A DNA stretch of 64,000 nt from Candidatus Multivorans sp. (GTDB taxonomy: Bacteria; Acidobacteriota; Thermoanaerobaculia; Multivoradales; Multivoraceae). Each line of letters starts with the position of its first letter. Positions within the stretch are counted from its first letter, which is position 1. This document shows, one piece after another, positions 20,120 to 30,810 of this stretch. Below the pieces are notes generated by a model. The model was not told where the DNA came from. It saw only the letters and a program-made list of their open reading frames with translations, and did no database searches. The stretch is taken from assembly GCA_965224025.1 (NCBI GenBank), contig OZ245033.1:928001-992000 (forward strand). The letters run 5' to 3'. The translations under genes and the position numbers were made by a program.

Positions 20120-21406
20120 TCAGTCGGCGCCGTGCGCCGAGGCCAGGATCTCCATCGTGTGCCGCACGGGAATCGGCGAGCCCAGACGATGCACGTGGCT
20201 CTCGATCTGGGTCAGGCAGCCGATGTTGCCGGTGGCGATCACGTCCGGTTCGCCCTCAAGCAGAGCCTCCGCCTTCTTGCGCCCCAGGCGGGCCGCAAGC
20301 TCGGGCTCCTCCAGGTTGTAGATGCCCGCCGAACCGCAGCAGATCTGCCAGTCGCGCGGTTCCACCAGGGTCACGCCCCGCACCTGGGCCAGCAACTGCC
20401 GGGGCCCTGCCCGCTCCGATTGGGCGTGGGCCAGGTGGCAGGCGTCGTGGTAGGCGACGCGCAGCGGCTGCGGCAGCGGCGGCGGCGCCTCCGTCTCGAG
20501 CGCGGCCAGGAACGTCGAGACATCCCGCACCTTGGCGGCCAGAGCGCGGGCCGCTGCCTCCTCGGGCCGCCCCGCGAACAGCAGGCCGTACTCCTTGAGG
20601 CCCGAACCGCAGCCGGCCGCGTTGGTCAGCACCGCGTCGACGTCGGCCAGGAGACCCTCTGGCCCGAGGACCCGCAGCAGGGGTCCGGCGGCGGCGCGGG
20701 CCCGCGGCGCGTCACCGGCGTGAAAAGCCAGCGAACCGCAGCACGCCTCTTCCTTCGGGACGATGACCTCGACTCCCCGGCGGGTCAGCACTTCGATCGT
20801 CGCGCGGTGGATCCGCGGCGCCAGCACCTGCTGCGCGCAACCGGCGAGGAGCGCCACCCGGGCGCGCCGCTCACCGACCGCCGGGAACACGCCGAAGCCA
20901 ACTTCCGAACGGTCCGGGGTCGTTGGCAGCAGATCGAGCGGCACGGCCAGCCTCGCCGGCAGCAGCGCGCGAAACGGCGCCGCCAGGCGACCCAGCCGCA
21001 GCATCCACCGCAGGCGCGCCGGACTCGCCAGCGTGTCCAGCATCAGGCCGCGCCACAGCCGATCCGCCCGAGAGCGCCGCCGGCCGTCCTCGGCCAGCTC
21101 CCGGAACGGCATCAGCAGCTCGCCGTACTCGACGCCCGACGGGCAGGCGGTGACGCACGACATGCAGCCCAGGCAGGGGTCGATGTGCTCCAGCGCCTCC
21201 TCGAGTTCGAGGCCGCCCTCAAGCACCTCCTTCATCAGCACGATGCGGCCGCGCGGCGAATCCATCTCCTCGCCGAGCTCGACGTAGGTCGGGCACGTCG
21301 GCAGGCAGAAGCCGCAGTGGACGCAGGCCGAAACCGCGTTCGCCATCGCCGAGGCCGAGTCGCCGACCTCGCTCCGTAGCGCGTCCAGTTCGATCGCGTG
21401 CTGCAC
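20120..21406 (-). CDS. glcF: Glycolate oxidase iron-sulfur subunit
   Basis: 'CVHCGFCLPTCPT', 'DSPRGRI', 'CLGCMSCVTACPSGV', two CCG domains. Confidence 0.85.
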   Translation of the reverse strand: MQHAIELDALRSEVGDSASAMANAVSACVHCGFCLPTCPTYVELGEEMDSPRGRIVLMKEVLEGGLELEEALEHIDPCLGCMSCVTACPSGVEYGELLMPFRELAEDGRRRSRADRLWRGLMLDTLASPARLRWMLRLGRLAAPFRALLPARLAVPLDLLPTTPDRSEVGFGVFPAVGERRARVALLAGCAQQVLAPRIHRATIEVLTRRGVEVIVPKEEACCGSLAFHAGDAPRARAAAGPLLRVLGPEGLLADVDAVLTNAAGCGSGLKEYGLLFAGRPEEAAARALAAKVRDVSTFLAALETEAPPPLPQPLRVAYHDACHLAHAQSERAGPRQLLAQVRGVTLVEPRDWQICCGSAGIYNLEEPELAARLGRKKAEALLEGEPDVIATGNIGCLTQIESHVHRLGSPIPVRHTMEILASAHGAD

Positions 21407-21424
21407 GCCGGCTGCGAGCGACCG

Positions 21425-21661
21425 CTACGCGAGCACCCGGAACAGCGCCAGCAGACCGCCTACGCCACCCAGCCCTACTCCGATTACACGCCAGGACGCC
21501 GCCGTGATCTTGTCGCTCAGGCGGAGCTCTACCGCCGCCAGATCCGCTCGCGTCGCGGCGGTCTCGGCGATGGTTTCGCCAACGGCTTCGGCGACCGCAG
21601 TCGCATGGTCAGGGTCGATTCCCGCTTCACGCGGGGCTCGCGCTATCGCCAGAGTGATCAC
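21425..21661 (-). CDS. Small coiled-coil protein with C-terminal TM helix (DUF1640-like)
   Basis: 'EAGIDPDHATAVAEAV...ATRADL' plus hydrophobic tail; start uncertain. Confidence 0.5.
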   Translation of the reverse strand: MITLAIARAPREAGIDPDHATAVAEAVGETIAETAATRADLAAVELRLSDKITAASWRVIGVGLGGVGGLLALFRVLA

Positions 21662-21675
21662 GCCCTGATGCTAAC

Positions 21676-23247
21676 TCAGATGTGCTGGTAGGCCTGAAGG
21701 GTCAGAAACTCCTGGAACTCGGAGCCGAGCACCAGGTCGTCGAGCAGCTCGACGGCGAGACCGTAACGGCTCGCGGACCGGCCTCCGAGCTGGCGCAGCT
21801 CCTCGTCCCGCACCTGCTCGTAGAGCTCCGGCGTGACCTGCTCGCCGTTGTCCATCCGCGCGTTGCGGTGGACCCACTGCCACAGTTGGGCCCGTGCGAT
21901 CTCGGCGGTCGCCGCGTCCTCCATCAGGTTGTTGATGGCGGCCGCGCCGTTGCCGTTGAGCCAGGAGTTCATGTACTGGAGTCCCACCGACACGTTGTTG
22001 CGCAAACCCTGCTCGGTCAGCGTGCCGCCCGGTACGTTCAGATCGATGAGGCTGCCGGGTTCCACCGACACGTCCTGGCGCAGCCGTTCCTTCTGGTTCG
22101 GACGGCCCTCCATCTTCGTGGAGAAGACCTCCAGGGCGATCGGCACCAGGTCCGGATGGGCAACCCAACTGCCGTCGAACCCGTCGCCGGCCTCGCGCTC
22201 CTTGTCGGAACGGACCGCCGCCAGCGCCGTCGCGTTGACCTCCGCGTCCCTCCGGCTGGGGATGAAGGCCGCCATGCCGCCGATCGCGTGGGCCCCGCGG
22301 CTGTGGCACGTGCGCACCAGCAGCTCCGTGTAGGAGCGCATGAAGGGAACCGTCATCGTGATCTGGCCGCGATCGGGCAGCACCATGTCCTCCCGGAACG
22401 CGAACTTCTTGATCGCGCTGAAGATGTAGTCCCAGCGGCCGGCGTTGAGCCCGGCCGAGTGATCGCGCAGTTCGTAGAGGATCTCCTCCATCTCGAAAGC
22501 GGCCAGAATGGTCTCGATCAGCACCGTGGCGCGAACGCTGCCCCGCGGAACCCCTCGCGCATCCTGGGCGGCTACGAAGATGTCGTTCCACAGGCGCGCC
22601 TCGTGGCGGTTCTCCAGCTTCGGCAGGTAGAAGTACGGCCCGCTGCCCCGGCTGAGGGCCTCCTTGGCGTTGTGGAAGAAGTAAAGGCCGAAGTCGAAGA
22701 TGCCGGCCGAGACGGGCTGGCCGTCAAGCAGGGCGTTCTTCTCGATCAGGTGCCAGCCGCGCGGACGCACCAGCAGAGTCGCGATCTCGTCCTTGAGGCG
22801 GTACTCCTTGCCGTTACCGGGGTTCGTGAACTCCAACTGTTTGCGCACCGCGTCGTAGAGGTTCCGCTGGCCGCCGATCACGTTCCGCCAGCTCGGGCTG
22901 AGTGCGTCCTCGAGGTCGGCCATGAAGACCTTGGCGCCCGAGTTCAGCGCGTTGATCATCATCTTGCGGTCGACCGGACCGGTGATCTCGGCCCAGCGGC
23001 AATTCAGATCCGCGGGTGTCGGCGCGACTTTCCAGTCGCCGTCGCGCACTTCCTGCGTCTCAGGCGGGAAGGTCGGATCCTCGCCGGCCTGGATGCGGGC
23101 GTGGCGCTCGACGCGGTCCCGCAGGAGCGCGACGCGACGGTCCTCGAACCGGCGGCAAAGGTCGCCGGCAAACTCGAGCGCCTCCGGGGTCAGGATGTGC
23201 TCCGCCGCTTCGGAGTCGCGTGGTCCGGTGATCTCGATTCCACTCAT
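21676..23247 (-). CDS. aceB: Malate synthase A
   Basis: '[19 protein letters not shown]', 'VRPRGWHL', 'YLPKLE', '[11 protein letters not shown]', '[11 protein letters not shown]'. Confidence 0.95.
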   Translation of the reverse strand: MSGIEITGPRDSEAAEHILTPEALEFAGDLCRRFEDRRVALLRDRVERHARIQAGEDPTFPPETQEVRDGDWKVAPTPADLNCRWAEITGPVDRKMMINALNSGAKVFMADLEDALSPSWRNVIGGQRNLYDAVRKQLEFTNPGNGKEYRLKDEIATLLVRPRGWHLIEKNALLDGQPVSAGIFDFGLYFFHNAKEALSRGSGPYFYLPKLENRHEARLWNDIFVAAQDARGVPRGSVRATVLIETILAAFEMEEILYELRDHSAGLNAGRWDYIFSAIKKFAFREDMVLPDRGQITMTVPFMRSYTELLVRTCHSRGAHAIGGMAAFIPSRRDAEVNATALAAVRSDKEREAGDGFDGSWVAHPDLVPIALEVFSTKMEGRPNQKERLRQDVSVEPGSLIDLNVPGGTLTEQGLRNNVSVGLQYMNSWLNGNGAAAINNLMEDAATAEIARAQLWQWVHRNARMDNGEQVTPELYEQVRDEELRQLGGRSASRYGLAVELLDDLVLGSEFQEFLTLQAYQHI

Positions 23248-23406
23248 GCTGCCGTCCCCCAAAAACCGGCCCGCGGCCGGCGTCTCGATACCTCGTTCTT
23301 CTGCAACCTGCCCAACCAGGACGCGTAGACTTGTCTGGCGAAGCGGCGGCAGCCTACCGGATGCAGCGGGGCGATTCCGCACCCGGGAATCCGCACCAGC
23401 GGACAA

Positions 23407-23451
23407 CCTGGGAACGCGGGCATCCTGCCCGCATCCGGCGCGAAGTGCCGG
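23407..23451 (+). repeat. REP-like palindrome family A (CCTGGGAAC-GCGGGC-N5-GCCCGC-AT)
   Basis: Five copies: 23407, 28383, 29161, 37925 and (reverse) 61555. Confidence 0.75.
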
Positions 23452-23567
23452 TCCCGCGGAGGCCGAAGAGAACACTGCCCGGCAATCCGACGAGCCCATA
23501 GACCAACGTGAGACAATGCCGCGGCGCTCACGCTTGGAAGCGCCGTCCCGCGACCGGAGGTTCTCCC

Positions 23568-26500
23568 ATGATCGATCCCCGTCACGTTTCGCGCGCCGCG
23601 CTGTGCGCCACCGTCCTGGCCGTCACCGTCCTGGCGGCGCCGGCTCGGGCCCAGACCGGCGAGCCGACCAGGCTGCTCCGCTTCCCGGACCTCTCGGGCG
23701 ACCGGATTGCGTTCACCTACGCGGGCGACATCTGGCTCGCCGCGGCGGACGGGGGCACGGCGACACGGCTCACCTCACACCCCGGCCTGGAGCTGTTCGC
23801 CAAGTTCTCGCCCGACGGTTCGCGGATCGCCTTCACCGGCCAGTACGACGGCGACGAGCAGGTCTACGTCGTGCCGACCGCGGGCGGCGCTCCACGGCAG
23901 TTGACCTTCTACCCCGCCGCTGGGCCGCTGGCGCCGCGCTGGGGCTACGACTACCAGGTCTACGGCTGGTCTCCGGACGGCACCGAGGTCCTGTTCCGGT
24001 CGCTGCGGGACGGATGGGACCTGGGCGACACGAAGCTGTTCCTCGTCGACACCGCCGGGGGATTGCCGAGAGCGCTGCCGATGCCGGAGTCGGGCGGCGG
24101 CGATCTCTCACCCGACACCCGGCGCGTCGTCTACTCGCCGGTGACCCGTGACTTCCGCCACTGGAAGCGCTACGAGGGCGGATGGGCCCAGGACCTCTGG
24201 ATCCTCGACCTCGACAGCCTGGAGTCGATCCAGGTGACGGATCACAAGCGCTCCGACCGCGACCCCATGTGGATCGACGACACGATCTACTTCTCGTCCG
24301 ACCGCGACGGCATCCTGAACCTGTACGCCTACGAAACAGGTTCGGGTGATCTCGCGCAGCTCACGCAGGAGGACCAGTGGGACGTGCGCTGGCCCAGCGC
24401 CGACAAGGCGAACCGGCGAATCGTCTACGAGAAGGCCGGCTCGCTCGAGATCTTCGACCTGGACTCGGGCGCCGCACTCCCGATCCCGATCCATGTGCCG
24501 ACGGACCGGCTTGCGCGCCGTCCCAGCCGGGTCTCGGCGGCGAACCGGGTGTCCGGCTTCTCGCTCAGCCCGAAGGCGAAACGCGCCGCGTTCTCCGCCC
24601 GCGGCGACATCTTCAGCGTCCCGGTCGAGCATGGTCCGACGCGCAACCTGACGCACTCCTCCGGCGCCAACGACCAGGATCCCGCCTGGTCGCCCGACGG
24701 CCGGCGGATCGGCTTCGTGTCCGATCGGACAGGGGAGACGGAGATCTGGGTCGTCAGCCAGGACGGCAACGGCGACCCCGTGCAGCTCACCGAAGGCAGC
24801 GTCGGCCGCCACTACAACAACCTGCTGTGGTCGCCGGGGAGCGACCGCATCGCCTTCGTCGACCAGCAGGGGCGGCTCGGCATCGTCAACGCCGCGCCGA
24901 CCGGATCGCGCGACATCATCGAGGTCGCCGACGATCCGCGGCCCTTCGGCACCGGCTACGACTGGTCGCCGAACGGCGACTACCTGGCGGTCGAGCTCGG
25001 CGATCCGAACGAGTTCAGTTCGATCCACCTGTTCGAAGTCGAGAGCCGGACGCTCACGCGCGTGACCTCCGAACTCTGGAACGACTTCTTCCCCGTCTTC
25101 GACCCGGGCGGAGACTACCTCTATTTCCTCTCCGACCGGCAGTTCCAGCCGCAGATCGGGAGCTTCGAGTACAACTACGCCGCCGACCGCGAGACGTACA
25201 TCTATGCGCTCGCCCTGCGCCAGGACACGCCCCACCCCTTCCCGCCGCGCAGCGACGAGGTCGAGATCGAGGACGAGCAGGACGAGGATGAGGCGGACGA
25301 CGACGGGGACGGCGAGCACGAGGATGGCGACGAGGACGGCGAGCACGAGGACGGCGACGAAGACGGCGAGCACGCGGGTGATGACGACGGCGACGACGGC
25401 GATGACGAGGAGCCCGGCGACCGCATCGACCTCGACGGTCTCGCGCAGCGCGTTGCCCGCATACCCGTAGAGGCGGACAACTACATCGGCCTCGGCGCCG
25501 CGGAGGGCAAGATCTTCTACGTTCGAGGCGGCGCCGGGTACCTCGGACGCTCCTCCGATGTCCAGACCGAGGTCTTCTCGTACGACCTCGAAAAGCGCGA
25601 GGGCAAAAGCCTGGCCAAGGGCATCGGCGGCCTTGTCCTGTCCCGCGACGGCAAGAAACTGCTGGTGCGAGAGGGCAGGGCCTTCCGCCTGCTCGATGTC
25701 GGCGGCGGCGACGCAAAGACGCTGTCCCTCGCCGGCCTGACCGTCGACCGGGTGCCGACCGAGGAGTGGGCGCAGATCTTCAACGAGGTCTGGCGCCGCT
25801 TCCGCGACTTCTTCTACGCCCCGAACATGCACGGCTACGACTGGGAAGCGCTGCGCGAGCAGTACCGCCCGCTGCTCGCCCACGTCGGCCACCGCAGCGA
25901 CCTGAACTACGTGATGAGCGAGATGGTCGCCGAACTGAACGTCTCCCACGCCTACGTCACCGGCGGCGACTACGAGGTTCCGGACCAGCCGCGCGCGGCT
26001 CTGCTCGGCGCTCGCTTCGAGCTCGACGAGAACGCCCGCCGCTACCGGATCGCCCGCATCTTCAAAGGCCAGAACGAGGAGCCGCGCTACCGCTCGCCGC
26101 TGACCGAGATCGGCGTCGGCGTCGGCGAGGGCGACTACCTGTTCGCGATCCAGGGCCGCGAGCTGACCCCGGCGACGAACCCCTTCCAGCTCCTGCGCGA
26201 GGCCGGGCGGGGGCCGCTCGAGTTGACCGTCGGTTCCAGCGCCGACCGCGGCGAGGCGCGCAACGTCCTTGTCGATCCGATCTCGAGCGAAGACGCCCTG
26301 ATCTACCTGGCCTGGACCGAGCGCAGCCGAAAGATCGTCGAGGAGCGCGGCGGCGGCCGCATCGGCTACCTGCACATCCCCGACATGTCGGCGAACGGCA
26401 TCCGGGAGTGGATCAAGTGGTACTACGGCCAGGTGCGCAAGGAGGCCATGGTCGTCGACGTGCGCTCGAACGGCGGCGGCAACGTCTCGCCGATGATCAT

Positions 26501-26963
26501 CGAGCGCCTCCGCCGCGAGACTCTGATGCTCGACTTCGAGCGCAACCGCGACTCGGTCGACACGTCGCCGGGCGGCGTCTTCCACGGCTACCTCGCGTGC
26601 GTGATCGACGAGGACACCGCCTCCGACGGCGACCAGTTCGCCTACCAGTTCCGCCGCGCGGGTCTGGGGCCGATCGTCGGCAAGCGGAGCTGGGGCGGCG
26701 TGGTCGGCATCTACGGCCGGGCGCCGCTCATCGACGGCGGCTCGGTCAACGTGCCCGAGGCAGGCTCCGCCGACCCCGAAGGCAACTGGGTGATCGAGGG
26801 CTACGGCGTCGACCCGGACATCGAGGTCACCAACCTGCCGCGCGACATCTTGGGCGACCGCGATCCGCAACTCGAGCGGGCCGTCGACCTGCTGCTCGAG
26901 AAGCTCGCCGAAGACCCCCGCACCCTGCCCGGCCGCCCCGCCGACCCGATCAAGACGCCTTAG
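23568..26963 (+). CDS. Tricorn protease homolog (S41 peptidase)
   Basis: Signal peptide, PD40 propeller repeats, PDZ-like region, 'IGYLHIPDM', 'DVRSNGGG', 'TASDGD', 'GKRSWGG'. Confidence 0.9.
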   Translation: MIDPRHVSRAALCATVLAVTVLAAPARAQTGEPTRLLRFPDLSGDRIAFTYAGDIWLAAADGGTATRLTSHPGLELFAKFSPDGSRIAFTGQYDGDEQVYVVPTAGGAPRQLTFYPAAGPLAPRWGYDYQVYGWSPDGTEVLFRSLRDGWDLGDTKLFLVDTAGGLPRALPMPESGGGDLSPDTRRVVYSPVTRDFRHWKRYEGGWAQDLWILDLDSLESIQVTDHKRSDRDPMWIDDTIYFSSDRDGILNLYAYETGSGDLAQLTQEDQWDVRWPSADKANRRIVYEKAGSLEIFDLDSGAALPIPIHVPTDRLARRPSRVSAANRVSGFSLSPKAKRAAFSARGDIFSVPVEHGPTRNLTHSSGANDQDPAWSPDGRRIGFVSDRTGETEIWVVSQDGNGDPVQLTEGSVGRHYNNLLWSPGSDRIAFVDQQGRLGIVNAAPTGSRDIIEVADDPRPFGTGYDWSPNGDYLAVELGDPNEFSSIHLFEVESRTLTRVTSELWNDFFPVFDPGGDYLYFLSDRQFQPQIGSFEYNYAADRETYIYALALRQDTPHPFPPRSDEVEIEDEQDEDEADDDGDGEHEDGDEDGEHEDGDEDGEHAGDDDGDDGDDEEPGDRIDLDGLAQRVARIPVEADNYIGLGAAEGKIFYVRGGAGYLGRSSDVQTEVFSYDLEKREGKSLAKGIGGLVLSRDGKKLLVREGRAFRLLDVGGGDAKTLSLAGLTVDRVPTEEWAQIFNEVWRRFRDFFYAPNMHGYDWEALREQYRPLLAHVGHRSDLNYVMSEMVAELNVSHAYVTGGDYEVPDQPRAALLGARFELDENARRYRIARIFKGQNEEPRYRSPLTEIGVGVGEGDYLFAIQGRELTPATNPFQLLREAGRGPLELTVGSSADRGEARNVLVDPISSEDALIYLAWTERSRKIVEERGGGRIGYLHIPDMSANGIREWIKWYYGQVRKEAMVVDVRSNGGGNVSPMIIERLRRETLMLDFERNRDSVDTSPGGVFHGYLACVIDEDTASDGDQFAYQFRRAGLGPIVGKRSWGGVVGIYGRAPLIDGGSVNVPEAGSADPEGNWVIEGYGVDPDIEVTNLPRDILGDRDPQLERAVDLLLEKLAEDPRTLPGRPADPIKTP
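25308..25382 (+). repeat. 27-bp coding tandem repeat (DGEHEDGDE) in an acidic linker
   Basis: GACGGCGAGCACGAGGAYGGCGACGAR x2 plus a partial third copy. Confidence 0.75.
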
Positions 26964-26980
26964 GCTGAGAGGAGAATCCC

Positions 26981-28360
26981 GTGTCGAAGAGCCTCCACTA
27001 TCTCCTCGCCGCCACCTTTGCAGCAACGCCCGCGATTCATGCCGCGGCCAACGACGCCAATGACTGGCCCGGCTTCCGCGGCGCGGACGGCAGCGGCGTC
27101 GCCCGCTCCGGCCCGGGCCCGGCGGCCGACCTCGACCCCGAACGGAACCTGCTCTGGAAAACGAAGATCGAGGGCCGCGGCCACTCCTCACCAGTCATGG
27201 CCGATGGCCGCATCTTCCTCACCACGGCGATCGTCGGCGAGCCGATTCCCGGCGCCGGCCCTCCCGAGCACACCTTCGGAGGACAGCCCTTCCGCCACCC
27301 GCAAGCCACTGACGGCAACCGCCACCACACGATGAAGGTCATCGGGCTCGACGCCGACTCGGGGAAGATCCTCTGGTCGCACACGGCCTACGAAGGCCGG
27401 GTCTACGACGACCGCCATTCCGAGTCGTCCTACGCTTCGCCGACCCCGGTCACCGACGGCGAGCGGGTCTACGCCTACTTCGGCTCCGAGGGCGTTTACG
27501 CCTACACGATGGACGGCGAACCGGTCTGGGAACGCGATATCGGCGACATCAAAACCGTAGGCCTCGGTGTCGGCTCCTCGCCGGTGCTCACAGACGGCCT
27601 GCTGATCATCCTGGCCGACGAGGACAGCGGCGACGACTCCTTCATCGTCGCGCTGGACGCCGCCACCGGCGAGGAGGTCTGGAAGCGCCAGCGGCCCGTC
27701 CAGGCGAGTTGGGCAACGCCCGTCCTGGTCGAGCACGACGGCCAGAAGCAGTTGCTGACGACCGGCTACGAGTACGTCATCGCCTACGACCCGGCGGACG
27801 GCCGCGAACTCTGGCGAGCCCGGGGGCTCCAGAACAATGCGATCCACACGCCGATGACCGTCGGCGACCTGGCGGTCTTCACGTCCGGCTACCCCGGCAA
27901 GGTCGTCTTCGCGATTCCCCTCGACAGCCGCGGCGATCTGACCGGCGACGACCCGCGGGTCTGGACTTACCGCAAGGGCACCGGCTACGTGCCCTCGAAC
28001 CTGCTCTACCACGGACTGCTCTACCTGACCAACGACGGCGGCGTGATCACCTGCCTCGACGCCCGCACCGGCGAAGTGGTCTACGAAGGCGGACGGCTGC
28101 CGATCCGCGGCCGCTACTCCGCCTCCATGGTCGGCGGCGGCGGGCGGATCCTGATGGTCAACACGGACGGCGACGCCGCCATCATGCGCGCCGGCAGGGA
28201 GCACGAGGTCCTCGGCAGCTTCTCGCTCGGCGAGTCGGTCTGGGCGACGCCGGCGATCGTCGGCGACCGGCTCTACGTGCGCGGCCGCGAACACCTCTTC
28301 GCACTCGGCCCGGCTGAGAGCAGGACGGCGCAGTCGACTGGCAACGCCGGCGGGCCCTGA
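26981..28360 (+). CDS. PQQ-like beta-propeller (BamB-like) secreted protein
   Basis: Signal peptide, 'DWPGFRG', 'SSPV', repeated 'ALDAATGEEVW' blades. Confidence 0.8.
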   Translation: MSKSLHYLLAATFAATPAIHAAANDANDWPGFRGADGSGVARSGPGPAADLDPERNLLWKTKIEGRGHSSPVMADGRIFLTTAIVGEPIPGAGPPEHTFGGQPFRHPQATDGNRHHTMKVIGLDADSGKILWSHTAYEGRVYDDRHSESSYASPTPVTDGERVYAYFGSEGVYAYTMDGEPVWERDIGDIKTVGLGVGSSPVLTDGLLIILADEDSGDDSFIVALDAATGEEVWKRQRPVQASWATPVLVEHDGQKQLLTTGYEYVIAYDPADGRELWRARGLQNNAIHTPMTVGDLAVFTSGYPGKVVFAIPLDSRGDLTGDDPRVWTYRKGTGYVPSNLLYHGLLYLTNDGGVITCLDARTGEVVYEGGRLPIRGRYSASMVGGGGRILMVNTDGDAAIMRAGREHEVLGSFSLGESVWATPAIVGDRLYVRGREHLFALGPAESRTAQSTGNAGGP

Positions 28361-28382
28361 ACAGCCGCGGAGTAAGAACCAC

Positions 28383-28410
28383 CCTGGGAACGCGGGCGTC
28401 TCGCCCCCAT
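28383..28410 (+). repeat. REP-like family A copy (degenerate)
   Basis: CCTGGGAACGCGGGCGTCTCGCCCCCAT. Confidence 0.6.
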
Positions 28411-28495
28411 CAAGCGCGAGGCCGCGAAGCGGTGAGCCCGAGCCGGAAGCCCCACAACCCGCGAAACCAAATCGACCGCAGTAGCCTGACGTGCG

Positions 28496-30712
28496 ATGAA
28501 CCCGACCCGCATCGCCGTCCTCCTCCCCTGCCTCAACGAGCAGGCGACGATCGCCGATGTCGTGGCGGCGTTCCAGCGCGCCCTGCCCGACGCCGCCGTC
28601 TACGTCTGCGACAACGGGTCCGACGACGGCACCGCGGAAGCCGCCGCAGCCGCCGGCGCCACCGTCATCGCCGAGCCCCGGCGCGGCAAGGGCCGGGCCA
28701 TCCGCCGCCTGTTCCGCGAGGTGGACGCCGACATCTACCTGATGGCCGACGGCGACGACACCTACGACGCCGAGAGCGCCGGCCGTCTCGTTTCGACCCT
28801 CCAGGAGCGTGACCTCGACATGCTCGTGGCGGCCCGCAAGCGCGCCGACGCGCACGCCTACACGCCGCTGCGCCGCCTCGGCAACCGGCTGTTCACCGCC
28901 CTCGCCCGCTGGCGCTGCGGCCCCCGGGAGCATGACCTCCTGTCCGGCTACCGGGTCTTCTCGCGCCGCTTCGTGGAGCGCTTCCCCGCGCGCTCCAACG
29001 GCTTCGAGATCGAGACCGAGCTGACACTCTTCGCCGCGTCTTCGGACCTCGCCTGGGACGAAACCCCGTGCCCCTACTTCGCCCGGCCGGAGGGCTCGGC
29101 GAGCAAACTCAAGGCGTTCCGCGACGGCTTCCGCATCCTGCGCACGCTGTTTTCTTCTGACCTGGGAACGCGGGCTTCCAGCCCGCATTCCGGAGGCCCA
29201 GCAACTGCCATCCGGCCCGCACGCCAGCAGCGCCTACGACCTCTCCGCGCCACCACTCTCATCACCGCCGTCACGCTCGCGGCCACCGCTCTCTTCCTGA
29301 CGCTGAACTGGCTCGCCGTCCGCGCCGATCCGGAGCCGGTAGCCGAAGCGCTACGCGCCTCCTACGCACAACCGGGCCGGACGGTCCAGGACTCGCGCGA
29401 GAGCTTCAACGACTGCCTGCTCAGCCTGATGACGCTCGACCGCGACGCCTCGACCCTGGAGCGCACGGTCTCCCCTCGCCGGGTGTACCGCTACACGAGA
29501 CCGCAGCGCCCCTGCGACGCGCTCAGGCAACGTCTCGACCAGGGCGCCGTCGACGACTCGGACTACCTGACCGTCTTCTACCACCAGTACTGGGCCGGCC
29601 AGCGCGTTATGCTGCAGTGGCTGCTGCCGCGCATCGGCGTGGAGGGGCTACGCCAGTGGCTACGCGTGCTGACCTTCGGCCTGCTGGGTCTCGGGCTCGT
29701 CGGCGCGCTGGTTATCGCGACGGCAGTCGCCGCCCTGCCCCCGGCTCGGGCACGCCGGTTTCCAGCCAGCCTCAGGCGAAGGCTCGGCCTGCCGCCGGAT
29801 CCAGGTGTGACGCCGAACCCGCTGGTGAGACGCCAGACCCTCTTCCAGGCCGTCGCGCTCGCCGCGCTCATCGGCAACCTCCTGCTCTTCCTCGACCTCG
29901 ACGACCGCGCCGGCAGCTTCACCACCGGCGCCTCGAACGTGCTGACGTTCGTCGTGCTTCTCGCCGTGCCGAGACGCCGTATCGCGCACTGGCGACCGAG
30001 CATCCAGGTCGTCCTCTTCGCCGCCTTCGGCGCGCTGATCGCCTACCACGAACTCCTGTTCGGCAGCGCCCTGATCGGACTCGTCGTCCTGCTGCTGGTG
30101 CTGGCGGTCGCACCTCCGCCGTCCACGGGATACTCCGCCCGATCGTCCGATCCTGTCGGCGAACCGCGGACCTGGCGCCGCCAACTGCTGATCCGCTGCG
30201 CCGGCGCCTACGCCTCTTGCCTCTCCGCCGTCTTCCTGCTCCGGGTCCTCCTCGCCGAACTCGTGTTCCGCGAGCCCGTGCTCTTCAAGTTCTGGGACCA
30301 GCTCACTTTCCGGCTCTACGGCGCCCCGCGCAGCTCCATCCATCCCGACATCGATCCCTTCTACTCCAGCGCGCCGACTCTCGAACGGACCCTCGAACGG
30401 GTCGGGAACCACCTGGGCACCGTCGGCCTCGGCTCACCGGCCCTGGCCGTCGTCCTGATCGTCGTCACGGCGGCCACGCTGATCGCCGGCACCCTCTACG
30501 TCCTCCGCCACTGGTGGTCCCTCGAAGACCCCTGGCGCTGGGCCGGCATCCTCGCCGCCGGGTGGGCTCTCCCGGCCTGGTACGCCGTCTTCTTCGCCCA
30601 CTCCCTGGCGCACGTGCCGGTTGCGCTGCGGCTACTGGCGCTGCCGTACGCGGCGGCTGCGGTGCTCGTCGTCGGAGCTGCCATGTTCCGGCGGAGGACT
30701 GTGGAGACCTGA
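28496..30712 (+). CDS. GT2 glycosyltransferase fused to a polytopic membrane domain
   Basis: 'LPCLNEQ', 'CDNGSDD', 'MADGDDTY', 'DLLSGYRVFS', 'GFEIETE'; followed by ~500 aa with many TM segments. Confidence 0.75.
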   Translation: MNPTRIAVLLPCLNEQATIADVVAAFQRALPDAAVYVCDNGSDDGTAEAAAAAGATVIAEPRRGKGRAIRRLFREVDADIYLMADGDDTYDAESAGRLVSTLQERDLDMLVAARKRADAHAYTPLRRLGNRLFTALARWRCGPREHDLLSGYRVFSRRFVERFPARSNGFEIETELTLFAASSDLAWDETPCPYFARPEGSASKLKAFRDGFRILRTLFSSDLGTRASSPHSGGPATAIRPARQQRLRPLRATTLITAVTLAATALFLTLNWLAVRADPEPVAEALRASYAQPGRTVQDSRESFNDCLLSLMTLDRDASTLERTVSPRRVYRYTRPQRPCDALRQRLDQGAVDDSDYLTVFYHQYWAGQRVMLQWLLPRIGVEGLRQWLRVLTFGLLGLGLVGALVIATAVAALPPARARRFPASLRRRLGLPPDPGVTPNPLVRRQTLFQAVALAALIGNLLLFLDLDDRAGSFTTGASNVLTFVVLLAVPRRRIAHWRPSIQVVLFAAFGALIAYHELLFGSALIGLVVLLLVLAVAPPPSTGYSARSSDPVGEPRTWRRQLLIRCAGAYASCLSAVFLLRVLLAELVFREPVLFKFWDQLTFRLYGAPRSSIHPDIDPFYSSAPTLERTLERVGNHLGTVGLGSPALAVVLIVVTAATLIAGTLYVLRHWWSLEDPWRWAGILAAGWALPAWYAVFFAHSLAHVPVALRLLALPYAAAAVLVVGAAMFRRRTVET
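29161..29193 (+). repeat. REP-like family A copy inside GT2 CDS
   Basis: CCTGGGAACGCGGGCTTCCAGCCCGCAT, translated LGTRASSPHS. Confidence 0.7.
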
Positions 30713-30791
30713 AATCTCGGAGTCAGGCGGTCGATATCTCGGAGTCGAGATAGGGGAAATCTCGGAGTACAACGCCGGAAATCTCGGATTC
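30711..30791 (+). repeat. Four 14-bp direct repeats at 22-23 bp spacing
   Basis: GAAATCTCGGAGTC (30711), GATATCTCGGAGTC (30733), GAAATCTCGGAGTA (30756), GAAATCTCGGATTC (30778). Confidence 0.85.
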
Positions 30792-30810
30792 AAGTTAGAA
30801 TCCCGGAACG

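Noticed and set aside
30711-30791. CRISPR array
   Set aside because: Repeats of 14 bp with 8-9 bp spacers are too short; no cas genes
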